Positions 42,023-56,765 of a stretch of 64,000 nucleotides of DNA are shown one piece after another. The stretch spans positions 46,438,001 through 46,502,000 of the forward strand of contig OX597817.1 in NCBI GenBank assembly GCA_951406725.2, in the 5' to 3' direction. The stretch comes from Octopus vulgaris. Lineage: Eukaryota. The notes under the pieces were generated by a model. That model was given only the letters and a program-made list of their open reading frames with translations, made no database searches and was not told where the DNA came from. Both the position numbers and the translations under genes were made by a program. The stretch's first letter is position 1. Each line of letters begins with the position of its first letter.

Positions 42023-42851
42023 ATTTATAAATTTCACACGGTAACACAGACATTTAAAATTATCATAACCATTCATGCAACATTGATTATCAACCGTTGT
42101 CAACTATCTTCAGACTTTTATAGAAGAGTCACCGACAAAAGTATCATCTCCACATATGCTCGTTTTGACAGCAATATTCAAAACGTGGGTCCTTCAAGAT
42201 ACCAGCCACTTGCGTACTTATAATCACCACTGAAATTCGCAATAAGATATATGTATTTAAAATCACCCATTCGTACTTTTATTAATGTTTATCACAGAAG
42301 CAAGAACAACAACAGTTTAAAGAATTGTGGCTTATATATCAAAGTCATTTGAATCAACTCCAACATATGACTCATAGCTGTTTAAACTTTTATATAAAAG
42401 GTAAAGTCTAACTTTGGAAGAATTTGAACGCATTTGTTTTGAGAGACAAAACGAAATATCACACGATATTCAGTTCAATGCTTTCATATTTATGCCAATT
42501 TAATATCGTCGGTTGCCAAAATAAAACATAATCTAGGTGCAGAACGTGAAAATAAATCTTGATCAACTGTAAAATAATTCGTGTTTTATGTCGAGGAGAA
42601 AATGGGTTATGAATTTGTCTAGTAAAGTACAAAGGGCGATATAGAAAGAAGAAAGGAACTTCACTCCACCATAAAGTAATGGAAGATTTCCATACTCTTT
42701 GTATCGTTGCAGGAAAACCATCACACGTAGATAAAATGATTTAAATGAAATATCATGATAGGATATTATGTGAGGGAGAGAGAAAGAAAGAGAGGCAGAG
42801 AGACAGAGAAAGAGAGTGTGTGTATGCTTGTATGTGTGTGTGTAAATTCTG

Positions 42852-43031
<180 letters not shown>

Positions 43032-43080
43032 TGTATATACTAAGCAATTAAGGGTTTAGCAACGAATATATATATTTTTA

Positions 43081-43167
<87 letters not shown>

Positions 43168-43194
43168 TCGAATATACACACACATGTATATGAT

Positions 43195-43386
43195 AGATCG
43201 TTAGCCACTACACACATTTTTTTTTCTCTCCTTGATTCTCTCCTTGTTTTTTCTGTGTCCCTTTCTGTAGAAAAGCGTAGGCTCGAAACGTAAAAGACTT
43301 TTTCTATTCCTGAGCGTTATACTAATACATATGTTTGTTTTGTACACCACATGTCTTCGTCTTTTGTTTTTTTAGTAAACGCTCCC

Positions 43387-43387
<1 letters not shown>
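43195..43387 (+). mobile_element. Family H repeat
   Basis: CUUU-CUGUAGA-A-AAGC-GUAG-GCUC-GAAACGUA-AAAG. Confidence 0.78.
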
Positions 43388-43418
<31 letters not shown>

Positions 43419-43489
43419 AATATATATATACATATATATATATACATAAATATACATATATATACACATAAATATACATATATATATAC

Positions 43490-43546
<57 letters not shown>

Positions 43547-43562
43547 TATATATATATAATTA

Positions 43563-43790
43563 TAATAATAAGGGTTTTTTGCAACAAGTTGCTTAAACCA
43601 CATACCGAAAATATTAGAAATAGCAGCCAACAGACTACTATTTCCTTTTACTACAAAATAAGTCTCCACAGACAACAATATTTGTAACTCACATATGCCA
43701 AAAAAAGACGAAATAGTAGTCTGTTGGCTGCTATTTCTATTTTTTTCGGTATGTGGTTTAAGCAACTTGTTGCAAAAAAAACTTATTATC
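43563..43790. repeat. Inverted repeat, arms about 80 bp
   Basis: TTGCAACAAGTTGCTTAAACCACATACCGAAAA is mirrored by TTTTCGGTATGTGGTTTAAGCAACTTGTTGCAA. A related fragment lies at about 28660-28720. Confidence 0.88.
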
Positions 43791-43906
43791 ATAATTATAT
43801 AAAATTTTACCGAATATGGTCCTTTTCCACACCGAAATACTACTAGGTGAAATTTGTTGATTTTATTAAATCAGTTATATTTCACCCTATATTTGTAATC
43901 TCTCTC

Positions 43907-43961
<55 letters not shown>

Positions 43962-44049
43962 ATATATATATATGGAAAAAAGAAGAAAATGGAGATGTTA
44001 CATAATATCTAAGGGTATTGATACCTGGACAACCTTGTTACTTATTTGC

Positions 44050-44091
<42 letters not shown>

Positions 44092-44184
44092 AGTTTCAGT
44101 TGAATTAGGTACATTATTTTGAGGCACTAAGTCTGTCCAGTATTGTCTGCACAGCTCGAATTTATGTGAAAAGAAAGAAAATAG

Positions 44185-44381
44185 GTAACAAGGGCGTCCA
44201 GGTATTAGTGCATTACGGCCGTTTCAATTGGCTCCATTTAATCGACCAATGTAAATATTACATCAAACATTACGTCCAAGGAGAGTTGTTTATTCCAAAT
44301 CGATGTAATGTCTGCATTGCTCAATTAAATGGAGCCGCTTGAAACGGCCGTAGTGCACTAATACAAGGACATCCTTGTTAC
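44185..44381. repeat. Inverted repeat with a 3' half-hammerhead
   Basis: Arms about 58 bp. The right arm has GAA-ACGGCCGU-A-GUGCA. Confidence 0.8.
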
Positions 44382-45798
44382 TTAATTGCTATATATATAT
44401 ATAAACAAAGTAAACATTACAAAATGGCTTCAGACAAGTTCTAGTTGTTTATTGGCATTATACTCTTGGTGGGGCTGATAATGTAAGAAATTCTATTTAG
44501 GCCATGATTGCCTAAATAATTACCTTACGAATTTTGGAGTAAATTATATCTTACAAACAAAATTAGTAGCTGAGTTTGTTTGAAATTTTTCCAGTCTCCA
44601 CATGGAAAAAATTATAGCACCAACCAGATGATGATAAATCTATGTTAATTTTGTATCTCAGAAACCAAATATACTTTGAAAATCTTGTGGGAAATTTTCT
44701 TCTTCAATTAATAAATGTAGGTTGTGTTGATAAAGTAATGTCTGTTATTACATTTGCACTACCACGGCTTAGAGCTACTGTCCAGGTGTATTTGATTACA
44801 ATTTACCAAATATTCCCCATCCAGCAGGAAATGGTTACGACTGTCACACTGAGACGTAGACGCAGGACACGAATTAATTTTATTAGAAAATCAGTTATCA
44901 TTGTACATTCTAATGGAACTTAGAAATCTTTCGCAGAAATTTGATTAATGATAACTGTACTGTCTTAATCAAATTCCTCTTAAAATTCCTTAACAGCAAT
45001 TTGTGGTTCCTTACAAAATGGGGCAATATTTAATCAAGAAATTCTTCATCTATGTTTGCTGTCACTCTTACATTATAATGAAGTTATACTATATGGCTCT
45101 CCGTTTTCTATTTTTGTCATTAAATGTAGGCTAATACTTTATTTCCTCCTCAAATCCACCATTTTGTAGTGTAACTGTCTAATAATTAGAGATAAATGGA
45201 ACTTAATTTTATCTGAAGAGGATGATGGTATATGTCTACTATCATAATATAATTACGTAAATAACCAGTCAACGCCCGGGCATTTTATTAATATAGAATA
45301 CATTTAGTTAAGCATATCGTAACGAGTAAATTTCTTTGTCGCTAAGTTCTTAAAAGTAATACCTGAAAATCAATCGTAAATATGGTGCTATCTTCTGTAA
45401 CACATAAAATTATGTTACTAAATATATTCATTCGATATGTTGTCACTGTTCACAGTTGTGTCTAGTCATGAATTGCGGGACTATTACGCTATTGTTTCTA
45501 TACATTTTTCCAGCACAAAGTGTTTTATTGAAGGTTAAGTTTTATATAACCGTAATTTCAAACAATAAAGTTTTATTATATGCAACACGACGTACACATC
45601 GAATAATTTGTCTCTTTTTTTTCGCTCAGGTAAAAATTATGGAAGAATAAGAACAATTTTTTCCTTGCGAAAATAATTACCTTTATGACGTATTCACGGG
45701 TCACCGTGATTGTATGTGGAAAGATGAAATATTGTATGCGGAAAGATCAAAAAATGGAGGAATAAAAATAACAATAGTAAATTCGTAATATAAGAGTG

Positions 45799-46248
45799 AC
45801 TAGCTATTTAACCTGTGCTTCGCTCGGCCTTTGATGGTGGTGTTGTTTTGTTCAAATCTAAAAATAGGGCAAAAATGTACTCTTTCTAAAAGTTGAAAAT
45901 CCCCCCCCCCACCTTTCCAAAATTCCACAAAGTTTTACACCCACAATTAAGGATAACCGCCCCTAGCCCCTGCAGCAACACGAAAAGCCACCATTATTCA
46001 AACAGCGCAACCTGTCTATCCCATAAAACTTAATTTTTCCCATATTCCCCACCATGGCAATAAACGGTAGCCCCGAGCGACTTGCAACCTTCCTCACACC
46101 ATTGCCCACCCCATTTTACCCCCAGTTTAAATTTTGGCGCCAATCCGACCCCATCTACCGCCCCTTAAACCGTTCCCATCTTAGAATGAGACAAATAAGC
46201 AAGAAATCACACAACTTTTTCGCATTTCAGCTTTATAGATATTGATAG
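45799..46248 (-). mobile_element. Non-autonomous Helitron-like element
   Basis: Reverse strand starts CTATCAATATCTATAAAGCTGAAA and ends with hairpin CCGAGCGAAGCACAGG about 10 nt before CTAGT. Confidence 0.65.
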
Positions 46249-46916
46249 CATTAGCAATATCAAATTGATTAAACTGAGATAGATGCTTCTGTCCGCTTAT
46301 CTTTTCTAAAACACTTAAGGGCTAAAATTAAGATCTTATATGCTTCGTATTTGTTAGTCTTTAATAATCTTCCAAAATGTTATACCGTAACAAGTCTGGA
46401 ATTGTAGATCGGATCACGAACGCAACTTTGTTGCTTTTTCATTGTCCTTACCAGAAAATATACATGTTTCAAACACTCGTTAGTACTTTTCTCACAGTTT
46501 CGATGTAATGATAATTATATTTTGTTCCTAACTTCATTTTTGTCAATATATACATCCAATATCTATAAGCGTTTATTATATTCTCATTTTTATGTATTTA
46601 TCGGTTATTTCTTTCCATAACTATATTTTATCGCCTTATCTCGCCTCACCATAACATTTATAACAAATAGCTATGGCTTGTTGTTGATGAAAATTGATCA
46701 AATGGTTTTTCAACATGTAACCAAAATTTTACGTAAGATGAAAATATTTCTTTACATATTGTATTATTTAGAACATCTATTTTTAAGTATTAATCAAAAT
46801 TAACAGCAATTAAAACACTAGAATTTAAAAGTAATAATTTCTTAAGTTTGTTCGTGTGTTCCGTCTCTGTGTGTTTGTCTGCGCACGCACACACACACGC
46901 ACACACACACGCACAC

Positions 46917-46962
<46 letters not shown>

Positions 46963-46964
<2 letters not shown>

Positions 46965-47388
46965 AGGAGTGACTGTGTGATAAGAAGCCTGCTTCCCAAC
47001 CACATCGTTCCAGGTTCGATTCCACTGCTTGACACCTTAGGCTAGTGCCTTCTACTGTAGCTCGACCTGACCAAAGACTTGTGAGTGGATTTGGTAGAAG
47101 GAAACTGAAAGATGCCCGTCGTGTGTATATATCCATATGTATGTATATGTATATATATGTGTGTGTGCGTGTGTGTGTGTATCTTTGCGTTTGTGTCTGT
47201 CCCCACCCATCATAACTTGACAACCAATGCTGGTGTGTTTATGTCCTCGAGACGTAACGGTTCGGTAAAAGAGGCCGATAGAATCAGTACTAGGCTTACA
47301 AAAAATAAGTCCTGGGGTCAATTTCTTCGACCAAAGTTGGTACTCCAGCATGGCCTTAGTCAAATGACTAAACCGTTTAAAAGAAAAT
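46963..47388 (+). mobile_element. SINE family B
   Basis: B box GGTTCGATTCC with the same body and tail as other copies. Confidence 0.9.
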
Positions 47389-47608
47389 ACCGTATATGCT
47401 GTCACTTGTGGACACTACCAGTAACATGTAACACTGTACAGATTGCTGCTCGGTCGAGTCGTCTATAACTACTCTGAAAAGTTCATCAGAGATTCTGTGG
47501 AGAATGGAAATTTTGGATATCCTGCGGGTTCAACATACGCTCTACATGCAAGTTTCTAGACACATAAATGTATGACGTGTAGCATATTTACAGCTCATCT
47601 AATTATGG

Positions 47609-47968
47609 AATGGAGGTGCGTGGCTTAGTGGTTGGGGTGTTGAACTCATGATCGTAAGGTTGTGGTTTCGATTCCTCGACCGAGCGATGCGTCGTGTTCT
47701 TGAGCAAAACACTTCATTTTCACGCTCCTTTAGTTCACTCAGCTGGCAAAAATGAGCAATCCCGCGATAGACCGGTGTCCCGTCCAGGTGGTGAATTTCT
47801 ACGCCACTGAAACCGGGAAACCGGCCCTTATGAGCTTGGCATGGATCGAGAAGGAACATTTTGCGATGGACTGGCGTCCTGTCTAGCTTGGGGAACACAC
47901 ACGCCACAGAAACTGGGAAACCGGGCCCATGAGCCTAGCTAGGCTTGAAAAGGGCGCTAAATAATAAA
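47609..47968 (+). mobile_element. tRNA-derived SINE family C
   Basis: TGGCTTAGTGGTT (A box), GGTTTCGATTCC (B box), GTTCTTGAGCAAAACACTT, internal duplication. Second copy at 57060-57272. Confidence 0.85.
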
Positions 47969-48607
47969 ATAATTGTGGAATGGATGAGATCCTTAAAGTT
48001 CAACCCCACAACTTAAAAGTGGACGACGGCAGGTTGACGAGGGCTACTAAAGTGTGAGGAAACATATCAGGTTGACATAGATGTAGAAACATTTGGCTTG
48101 ACAATTTATGGCCGGTACTTAACACTGAGTTCGATTCTGCAGCCAGACGTGGAGAAATTTTCAGTCACATTGCTAACATCCTGCTGTTTTTGTAAAAGCT
48201 CCCGCTTTCTCGACATCATTTTGTCACTGGGTGTATTGTGTTTGCTTGAGAGAACGGGTGCAGGGTGTTCGGCTCTTAATCACTATGCAAAAAGTTATTC
48301 GCTTGCCTAGATTCTTACTATATAAATATTCCCCGATGAAGCAGCTGCTTCATCGTGGAATACATTTAACGAGAGTACATGTTTGTTTGAGCTTGGCTGT
48401 GTATGTATATTTACGTATGTCCCTTTATATGCAAATATGAACTTGTCTAAATATGTATCCGTATATGTATGTATCTGTGTATGTATGCATGTATCTATCT
48501 ATCTATTCATCGATCTATGTATATACATGTACATATATTTATTTGCGTAAATGTATTTAAGTACACACACAATATGTATGTATATGTATATAAATATATC
48601 CTTCATA

Positions 48608-48650
<43 letters not shown>

Positions 48651-48665
48651 TTATTTATTCCACGG

Positions 48666-48696
<31 letters not shown>

Positions 48697-48723
48697 ATCA
48701 TACACACACACACACACACAGCC

Positions 48724-48794
<71 letters not shown>

Positions 48795-49625
48795 TATGCA
48801 TATACATATATATATGAGGTGTATGTATGAATATGTATGTATATATATGCGCATGTATAGATACATACGTACGCACGCGCACTCACGCACACATACAAAC
48901 ACGCTCACACACAAACACACACACACACACACAAATCTTTTGAAATAACTTTCATTTCGTCGTCTGCCTACAGTCGAATAAATCACGAAGACGTGAAGAT
49001 TGTGACAGTAAAAAGAAATCAGAAGAAAAATATACAAAAGACAACTTTTACTTCAACTTTCTTTTAAACAAAACCTGAGAATGGAGAAATATCTGGAGAG
49101 CTGCAAGAAAGTCATCATCTCCAGCACAATTAAGAAGCGAAATCTCCGGATATTCACTCGAACTTAAATAGAGTGACTAATCCATACGACCGAGTATTGA
49201 TCCAACCAAGTCTAACATAATTAATGCTTATTGTCGTAGCATGATCGAATGAATAATGGGACCACGTGGAACGCATTGAAAAGCGCCATTATGTATTTGA
49301 ATATGCAAAGCAATCGTCGTTCATTCCTAAGGATATTAACAACGAGTCAACGCCGTTAGAATTGTTCTAATTACAGCATAATTCAGAGTAAAAATAATTC
49401 TGGAACAATGAAACTGTACTTTTGTTATGCAGCGTTGTAAATTGATATTGATTCGTCTGATTATTATTATGCTAACTCACTCGGTGAATGGCAACTACGT
49501 AGAATGTGTGTGAGTGAATGTGATTGTCCATGACTACCTGTCGGAATGTACATAAGTAATAATAAATGTAATGTGTGTATGTGTGTGTGTGCGTATGTGT
49601 GTGTGTAAGTATGCATGAATGTATT

Positions 49626-49672
<47 letters not shown>

Positions 49673-49913
49673 GTGTGTTTGTGTATATACATATACGCAT
49701 ATATGTATAAATATGTGTATGAGTATATATATGTATGTATAGATTTGTATATATATATACCTACATACATACATGCGTTCATACATACATAAATACGTAC
49801 ATACATACACACCTATATATATATGTATATATATATATATACACCTATATACATACATACATACGTACGTACATACATACATAAATACGTACATACATAC
49901 ACACCTATATATA

Positions 49914-49951
<38 letters not shown>

Positions 49952-50059
49952 TATATATATATATATATATATACGACTACATACATACATACATACGTAC
50001 GTACATACATACATAAATACTACATACACACACACACACACATACACACACACACACAT

Positions 50060-50098
<39 letters not shown>

Positions 50099-50981
50099 CA
50101 TATATTACATGCATACAACCATTACTTCCAAAAATACATTTACTGTTCGGCTAGGAACGTATTGTGCCTAACAAAAACATACTCGGAAAGACAGTATTTT
50201 CGGCGGCTAGATCTTCGATGGCGATTGGATGTTATTTATTTAGTTAATATGCTCAATAATAAATTCATTAATGGTAATAACTTTTGTTACGATTATTCTT
50301 TATCGGAGAAGGAAAAAAAAAAAAGAATCTGAGAATCGTAAACGATAAAGAAATATCTGCAGACATCCAACAACCTTTCTATTTAATTACCAATAGACAG
50401 AACGGTTAATGATATTAGCTACATTATTGTATATTGGAATACGAAAGGCAGTTTGTGCTGCAAAATAAATAAATAACTGAATTATTAAATAAATAAATAA
50501 TGACATAAGCTTGTTTCCTATTATTCAATCAGATATTTTGTTAGGGAATCGACGACTCAATCAGGTTATTGCATCATATTCGGCAGAATGTCTTGCCTTT
50601 GGCCCTCAATTGCTATAGTGTCACTGGAACACCTTAGTGACAGGCAGTGTGTTTTGGGGGAAACCTATATGTTGACCTGTGGCCATAACGGATTTCTCAG
50701 AGAAAGCGAAATAGAAACACACTTACGCTTGCGCGCGTGCACACATACACGAAGGAAAATTGCGTGGGACAGACATGCAGAAAGAAATCCAAAAGGAAAT
50801 AGGAAAATGTTGAACTGCTTTTTAACTTGATAGCAATCATAATTAACTTTTATAATAGGCAACAATCTAATGTGTGTGAGTGAGAGAGAGAGAGAGAGAG
50901 AGACAAGGGTGTTAGGAAACACCTTCATTGCTAGAAATAAGAACTAAACCGCACAACTGCTGTAATTAATTGTTCCACAAT

Positions 50982-51032
50982 TCTCAGTACTGACGTCAGT
51001 TTCGGCGATTTCTGTTGCCTCATCAGTTAAGA
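50982..51032 (-). ncRNA. Canonical-core hammerhead ribozyme with 12-nt palindromic stem III
   Basis: UCUUAA-CUGAUGA-GGC..GCC-GAA-ACUGACGUCAGU-A/CUGAGA. One mismatch at the first stem I pair. Confidence 0.8.
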
Positions 51033-51214
51033 CCGCTCGTTCATTTGGCTCTTTTCAGACTCTCTTCGACGCTGGCCAATCTTATTTCTATATACCACTC
51101 TTACATAAACTAACCCCTTCCTCCGTAGTCTTAATTTGTATTCCTTTTTCATCTTTTTCTGATGCGATGTACATGGTTCACATGTATCATATTGATGTAT
51201 TGTTCAAGCGTTTA

Positions 51215-51915
51215 AAGCGGCGATCTGATAGAATCGTTACCTCACCAGAGAAAATGCTTAGCTGCTTTTCGCCCGTGTTTATGTTCAAATTCTGTCGAAG
51301 TCAAATTTGCCATTTATCTTTCCGGGTCGATAAAATAAGCACCAGCTGATCACTTGGTCGACGAAATCGACTTACAACTTCCCCAGGTATTGCTAAACTT
51401 GTGCCAAAATTGAAGCCAATAATTTACAGGCAACTATGTCAGTGAGCTTTCCGAGTCTTTTGCACACTGCTAAATATTTAGAAGGCGGCGTGCTGGCAGA
51501 AACGTTAGCAGGCCGGACGAAATGCTGAGCAGTATTTCGTCTGTCTTTACGTGCTGAGTTCAAATTCCGCCGAGGTCGACTTTGCATTTCATCCTTTCGG
51601 GGTCGATAAATTAAGTACCAGTTACGCACTGGGGTTGATGCAATCGACTTAATCCTTTTGCTGGTCCTTGTTTTCCCCCTCTATGTTTAACCACTTGTGG
51701 ACAATAAGGAAATAAGAATCTTTAGCACGCTGAACAAAATGCTGAACGTCATTTCGTCCGTCTTTACGTTCTGCGTTCAAATTACGTCGGAGTCGACTTC
51801 AATTTTCCTCCTTTCGGGAGTCAATAAAAATAAGCACCAGTTGAATTCTAGGGTTGATGTAATCGACTTTATCCCATCCTCGAAATTACTGGCCTTATGC
51901 AGTAATTTGGCACCA
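51215..51915 (+). mobile_element. SINE family A cluster (best copy 51480-51715)
   Basis: Head, B box and body are visible. Flanking copies are decayed. Confidence 0.85.
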
Positions 51916-52910
51916 ATTTTATACAAGTGTGTATATATTAGAAATATCTGAGCCCTGGATTATTGAAACGATCGTAACGAAGGAAAAAAGTTATACTTTC
52001 ATTACCATCTTTAACCTTTATAGATCAGACTGAATGTATAGACATAGCTTTCCAAAATTGTATTATTCCCAGTCAGTTAGTTGTATGTGTGTGTGTGTGT
52101 TTGTGCCAGTGCGGCTTCATTTGTGCTCCCTATTTTTGCTAGCAATTGTACTGCTGCATGGAACTGTATGAATATACATATTTGCTTAAAAAGATATGGG
52201 TGTCTTTATAGCTAGATAAATAGATAGACATACAAAGTATATATATACAAAGTATATATATATACAAAGTATATATATACAAAATATATAAATCGGTGTG
52301 TGTGTGTACATAAATTTCAAATATTCAAAATCTTGATAAGATTCATGAGACAACCAACGGCAAATTAGATGTTAGAAAGATCTCAATTATATGTTACATG
52401 TTATATTTTATCTTCTTAAAGTTATATAATATTTGGAACCTAATTGTGTAAGAAGGGAAAAGAGAGAAGAACATAGGCATACACATAAATGCATGCGTAC
52501 ATCGCAGCGGTATAAGTTTATAAAGCAATCTATGAGTTCATATATATATATATATATATATATAAGTATTTTGATAGCTATGTCTACACAAAGATATACA
52601 TGCATATACATATATAAGCATGGATTTTGTGAGATGTATGATGGAACCAGAAAGCTGCAGTAAGAATCAATAAACAAATACATAACGAGAGGAATTCAAT
52701 ATTCATTCTTAAATACTATTATACAAAATCCAATAAGGCACAGATTTGACTGATTGCACGGGCATAGCAACAGAAAATTACATTATTTCTAGTCATGTGG
52801 ACATCTATGTGTGTGGGTTTGAGATCTTGTTTTTATTTCTGCTTTTTGTTTCTGTTTAAATTTGTACTCTTACATGGAAGTTTGTAGATATATATGTGTA
52901 TATATATATA

Positions 52911-52962
<52 letters not shown>

Positions 52963-53395
52963 AATAGTTCATACATACATATATATGTGTGTTTGTGTGC
53001 GTGTGGGTGTAAGGATGTGTGAATATATGTATATCTGTTTATAGATAGATGCTTGTCTTGTAAGCAAGCATAAATATAAGTACATATACATATGAGCATA
53101 TATATGTGCGAGGGTGTATATATATATATATATTTACGCATATGTATATATATGTTTCTATGATCCTATGCATATATATACATATATATATATTTGCATA
53201 AATGTTTCTATGTGAGCATGTCTATGCATGCGAGCGCATTTATATAGCCGTGATTATATATCCATATATGAATATATATATATGTGTATGTGTGTCTTCA
53301 CGAATATACATGTACACGTACACGCATACATGCATTCATATATACTTACATACGTACACACACACACACCCACATATATATATATATATATATAT

Positions 53396-53530
53396 CTGTG
53401 TCCCTTTCTGTAGAAGAGCTTAGGTTCGAAACGTAAAAGACTTTTTCTATTCCTGACCGTTATACTAATACATCTGTTTGTTTTGTTCACCACCTGTCTT
53501 CGTCTTTTGTTTTCTTCGTAAACTCTCCCT
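53396..53530 (+). mobile_element. Family H repeat
   Basis: CUUU-CUGUAGA-A-GAGC-UUAG-GUUC-GAAACGUA-AAAG. Confidence 0.78.
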
Positions 53531-53845
53531 ATATATGTATATATATGTGATTATCTTTTATACATTACAATAGTATTTCCCAAGTTTTTTTCTGGTTAGT
53601 TATTTTGACAATCACATTTCCTTATATATCTTCAGTACATAGTCTATTTGTTCTTGTACCTATTTGTGTTGTAGTTTTACATACATACATATATACACAG
53701 CATATGTGTGGTACTAATAGAGAGATCATAATAGTTTAATCGTTGTATTCATATAAATTTACATCTAGACAACTGAATAGTTTTTCTGTTCTATGTAATA
53801 ACAAAACTTTGGCCCGTAAAACTGTTGATACAATGAGCACATACT

Positions 53846-54000
53846 ATAGGAGGTGCTATCAAAAGGTTCCCGGGCTGGTTATGTTTAATACAAAGTAACT
53901 TATTCAACTATGCTTTAAGAGCGTCTCTTTCGAAATTGTCACCTACACTGGTGACTATTTCGCAGCAATACACGGGTCCCAGCATTCCTGCCACTTTTGG
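53846..54000 (-). mobile_element. Mariner 3' end remnant
   Basis: Reverse strand QKWQECWDPCIAAK..GDNFERD (compare RW.KC....G.YFE), plus TIR-like TAGGAGGTGCTATCAAAAGGTTCC. Confidence 0.6.
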
Positions 54001-54200
54001 ACACAGTCGATGTCGGCGGGATTTGAACTCAGAACGTAAGGAGGAACGAAACGCCGCTAAGCATCTCGCCCTTTGTGTTAAAGATTCTGCCATCTCGCCG
54101 CCTGAAGGTCTAGTGATATAGATTAGGAAATTGAGAACTTTATTAGTTGTAAAGGCTCTGCATGAATATGAATAAGAGAAGGTTTACATAAATATGATTC

Positions 54201-54595
54201 CTTTACTTGTTTCAGTCATTTGACAGCGGCCATGCTGGGGCACCGCCTTTAGTCGAGCAAATCGACCCCAGGACTTATTCTTTGTAAGCCTAGTACTTAT
54301 TCTCCCTGTCTCTTTTGCCGAACCGGTATGTTACGGGGACGTAAACACACCAGCATCATCGGTTGTCAAGTGATGTTGGGGGGGGGGACAAACACACACA
54401 AGCACACACAAGCACACACACACATATACGTATACATATATACGACGGGCTTCTTTCAGTTTCCGTCTACCGAATCCACTCACAAGGCTTTGGTCGGCCC
54501 GAGGCTATAGTAGAAGACACTTGCCTAAGGTGCCACGCGGTGGGACTGAACCCGGAACCTACTGACCACACCTACTGACCACACAGCCACTCCTA
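54201..54595 (-). mobile_element. SINE family B
   Basis: Full reverse-complement copy. Confidence 0.9.
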
Positions 54596-54824
54596 TGCTC
54601 TATAAAATTTATATTTAGATATGATAAAAACTAAAATAGAAGAGTACCGCTCTTTACCTTCAGGCAAACACTTAACTCTTTTCTGAACCCATGACGTTAA
54701 TAAATAAAGAGAAGAAAGCTGAAGAACTCCCATATTTTATATTTGGCATTCAGTGATGAATCGTAAGAGGCACAGTCTAGCAATTTTACCACATTCTGTT
54801 ATCTCGCCTATCTAGTGTATACCT

Positions 54825-55057
54825 ATTCCTTTACTACCCACAAGGGGCTAAACACAGAGAGGACAAACAAGGACAGACAAACGGATTAAGTCGATTATAT
54901 CGACCCCAGTGCGCAACTTGTACTTAATTTAACGACCCCGAAAGGATAAAAGGCAAAGTCGACCTCGGCGGAATTTGAACTCAGAATGTAGCGGCAGACG
55001 AAATACCGTTAAGCATTTCGCCAGGAGTGCTAACGTTTCTGCCAGCTCGCTGCCTTC
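54825..55057 (-). mobile_element. SINE family A monomer with TSD
   Basis: TATCTAGTGTAT(A/T)CCT at 54809-54824 and 55059-55074. Confidence 0.9.
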
Positions 55058-55992
55058 ATATCTAGTGTATTCCTGTTCGCCCATGGATTCCGATGGAGGT
55101 CGAAGAGGAAATGGGCTTATTTGGCTCGAACAGACTATAATAGTTGTTGTATTGTTTAATTCAGAAAAACGGAAGGAACTGTTTCTACAAAGAAAGAAAA
55201 CTAGATTATCCACCATGCATTATTGTATAATGACACTCTGTGATGAACCGTAAGAAGGACAACTTCGCTGTTTTGACATATTCTACTGTCCCCCTTACCC
55301 AGTGTATCCCTGTTCGCCTAAGGATTCCAGTGGGGCCACAGACGAAATGGTCTTATATGACTCGATCAGACTACAATAGGAATTGCTTCTACGAAGAACG
55401 AAAACAAGATTTTCAAAATCCGACAACACTACACTTGCCAGCAGAGACACTACAGTTATGTAATTCATACATTCGGCAAAATAATTTCATACGTTCTTCT
55501 ACAATATATTCTAAACGACGATATAAAAACGTAACTTCTTCTAGACGTTAGAGTCAGCCAAGCTCATAAAAACTGGAGACAATTTCTAACACATTAAAGC
55601 AAAACCACAGAGGACCGAAATATAACCTAACATCAAACAACAAAGAAATCACAAAAACGCAATAACTTTTAGAATAACAGAAAGGTGGCAATCATTTTTA
55701 TCCAACATAAGCGATATGATTAGTAGTAAAATACTATATAGTTTCATCATCATCATTGGTATTGTCATCATCATCATAGTTGTCGTAGTCATCGTCATCA
55801 TGATCCTCATAATCGTTATCATCATCTTCAACGACAGCCAGACACACAACAAGAACAAGAACTACAACGGTCCCAGGAGTTACGTTGACAAAAGTCTGCC
55901 TATACTGCGACATCAATAATATGCACTTACCAGATATTTCTTGAATTTAACAGCCAAAAGACATACAAAGTAACAGAAACATGAAACGAAAA

Positions 55993-56325
55993 GAAGGCGG
56001 CAAGCTGGCAGAAACGTTAGCACGCCGGGCGAAATGCCTAGCGGTGTTTCGTCTGCCGTTACGTTCTGAGTTCAAATTCCACCGAGGTCGACTTTCCCTT
56101 TCATCCTTTCGGGGTCTATAAATTAAGTACCAGTTACGCACTGGAGTTGATGGAATCGACTTAATACCTTTGTCTGTCCTTGTTTGTCCTCTCTATGTTT
56201 AGCCCCTTGCGGGTAGTAAAGAAATAGGTATTTCGTCTGCCGCTAGTTCAAAATCTGCCGAGGTCGACTTTGCCTTTCATCCTTTCGGGGTCGATAAATT
56301 AAGTACCAGTTACGCACTGGGGTCG
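55993..56325 (+). mobile_element. SINE family A, 1.5 units
   Basis: Head GAAGGCGGCAAGCTGGCAGAAACG and junction GAAATAGG|TATTTCG. Confidence 0.9.
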
Positions 56326-56357
56326 GTGCAATACAAGCGTAAGGAACACAGATACAC

Positions 56358-56765
56358 AGCAGGAGTGGCTGTGTGGTAAGTAGCTTGCTTACCAACCACA
56401 TGGTTCTGGGTTCAATATCACTGCGTGGCACCTTGGGCAAGTGTCTTCCACTATAACCTCGGGCCGACCAAGGCCTTGTGAGTTGATTTGGTAGACGGAA
56501 ACTGGAAGAATCATGTCGTATATATATGTATATATATATGCGAGTGTGTGTCTGTGTGTTCGTCCTCCAACCAACGCTTGACAACCGATGTTGGTGTGTT
56601 CACGTCCCCGTAACTTAGCGGTTCGGCAAAAGAGACCGATAGAATAAGTACTTGGCTTACAAAGAATAAGTACTGGGGTCTACTTGCTCGACTAAAGGCG
56701 GTGCTCCAGCATGGCCGCAGTAAAATGACTGAAGCGAATAAAAGAAAGAAAAAGAAAGAAAGAAA
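56358..56765 (+). mobile_element. SINE family B
   Basis: Full copy with AAAG-repeat tail. Confidence 0.9.

Noticed and set aside
48118-48220. Minus-strand MMSRKRELLQ..CRIELSVK as a possible first exon
   Set aside because: Weak donor, no partner exon found and no recognisable domain.
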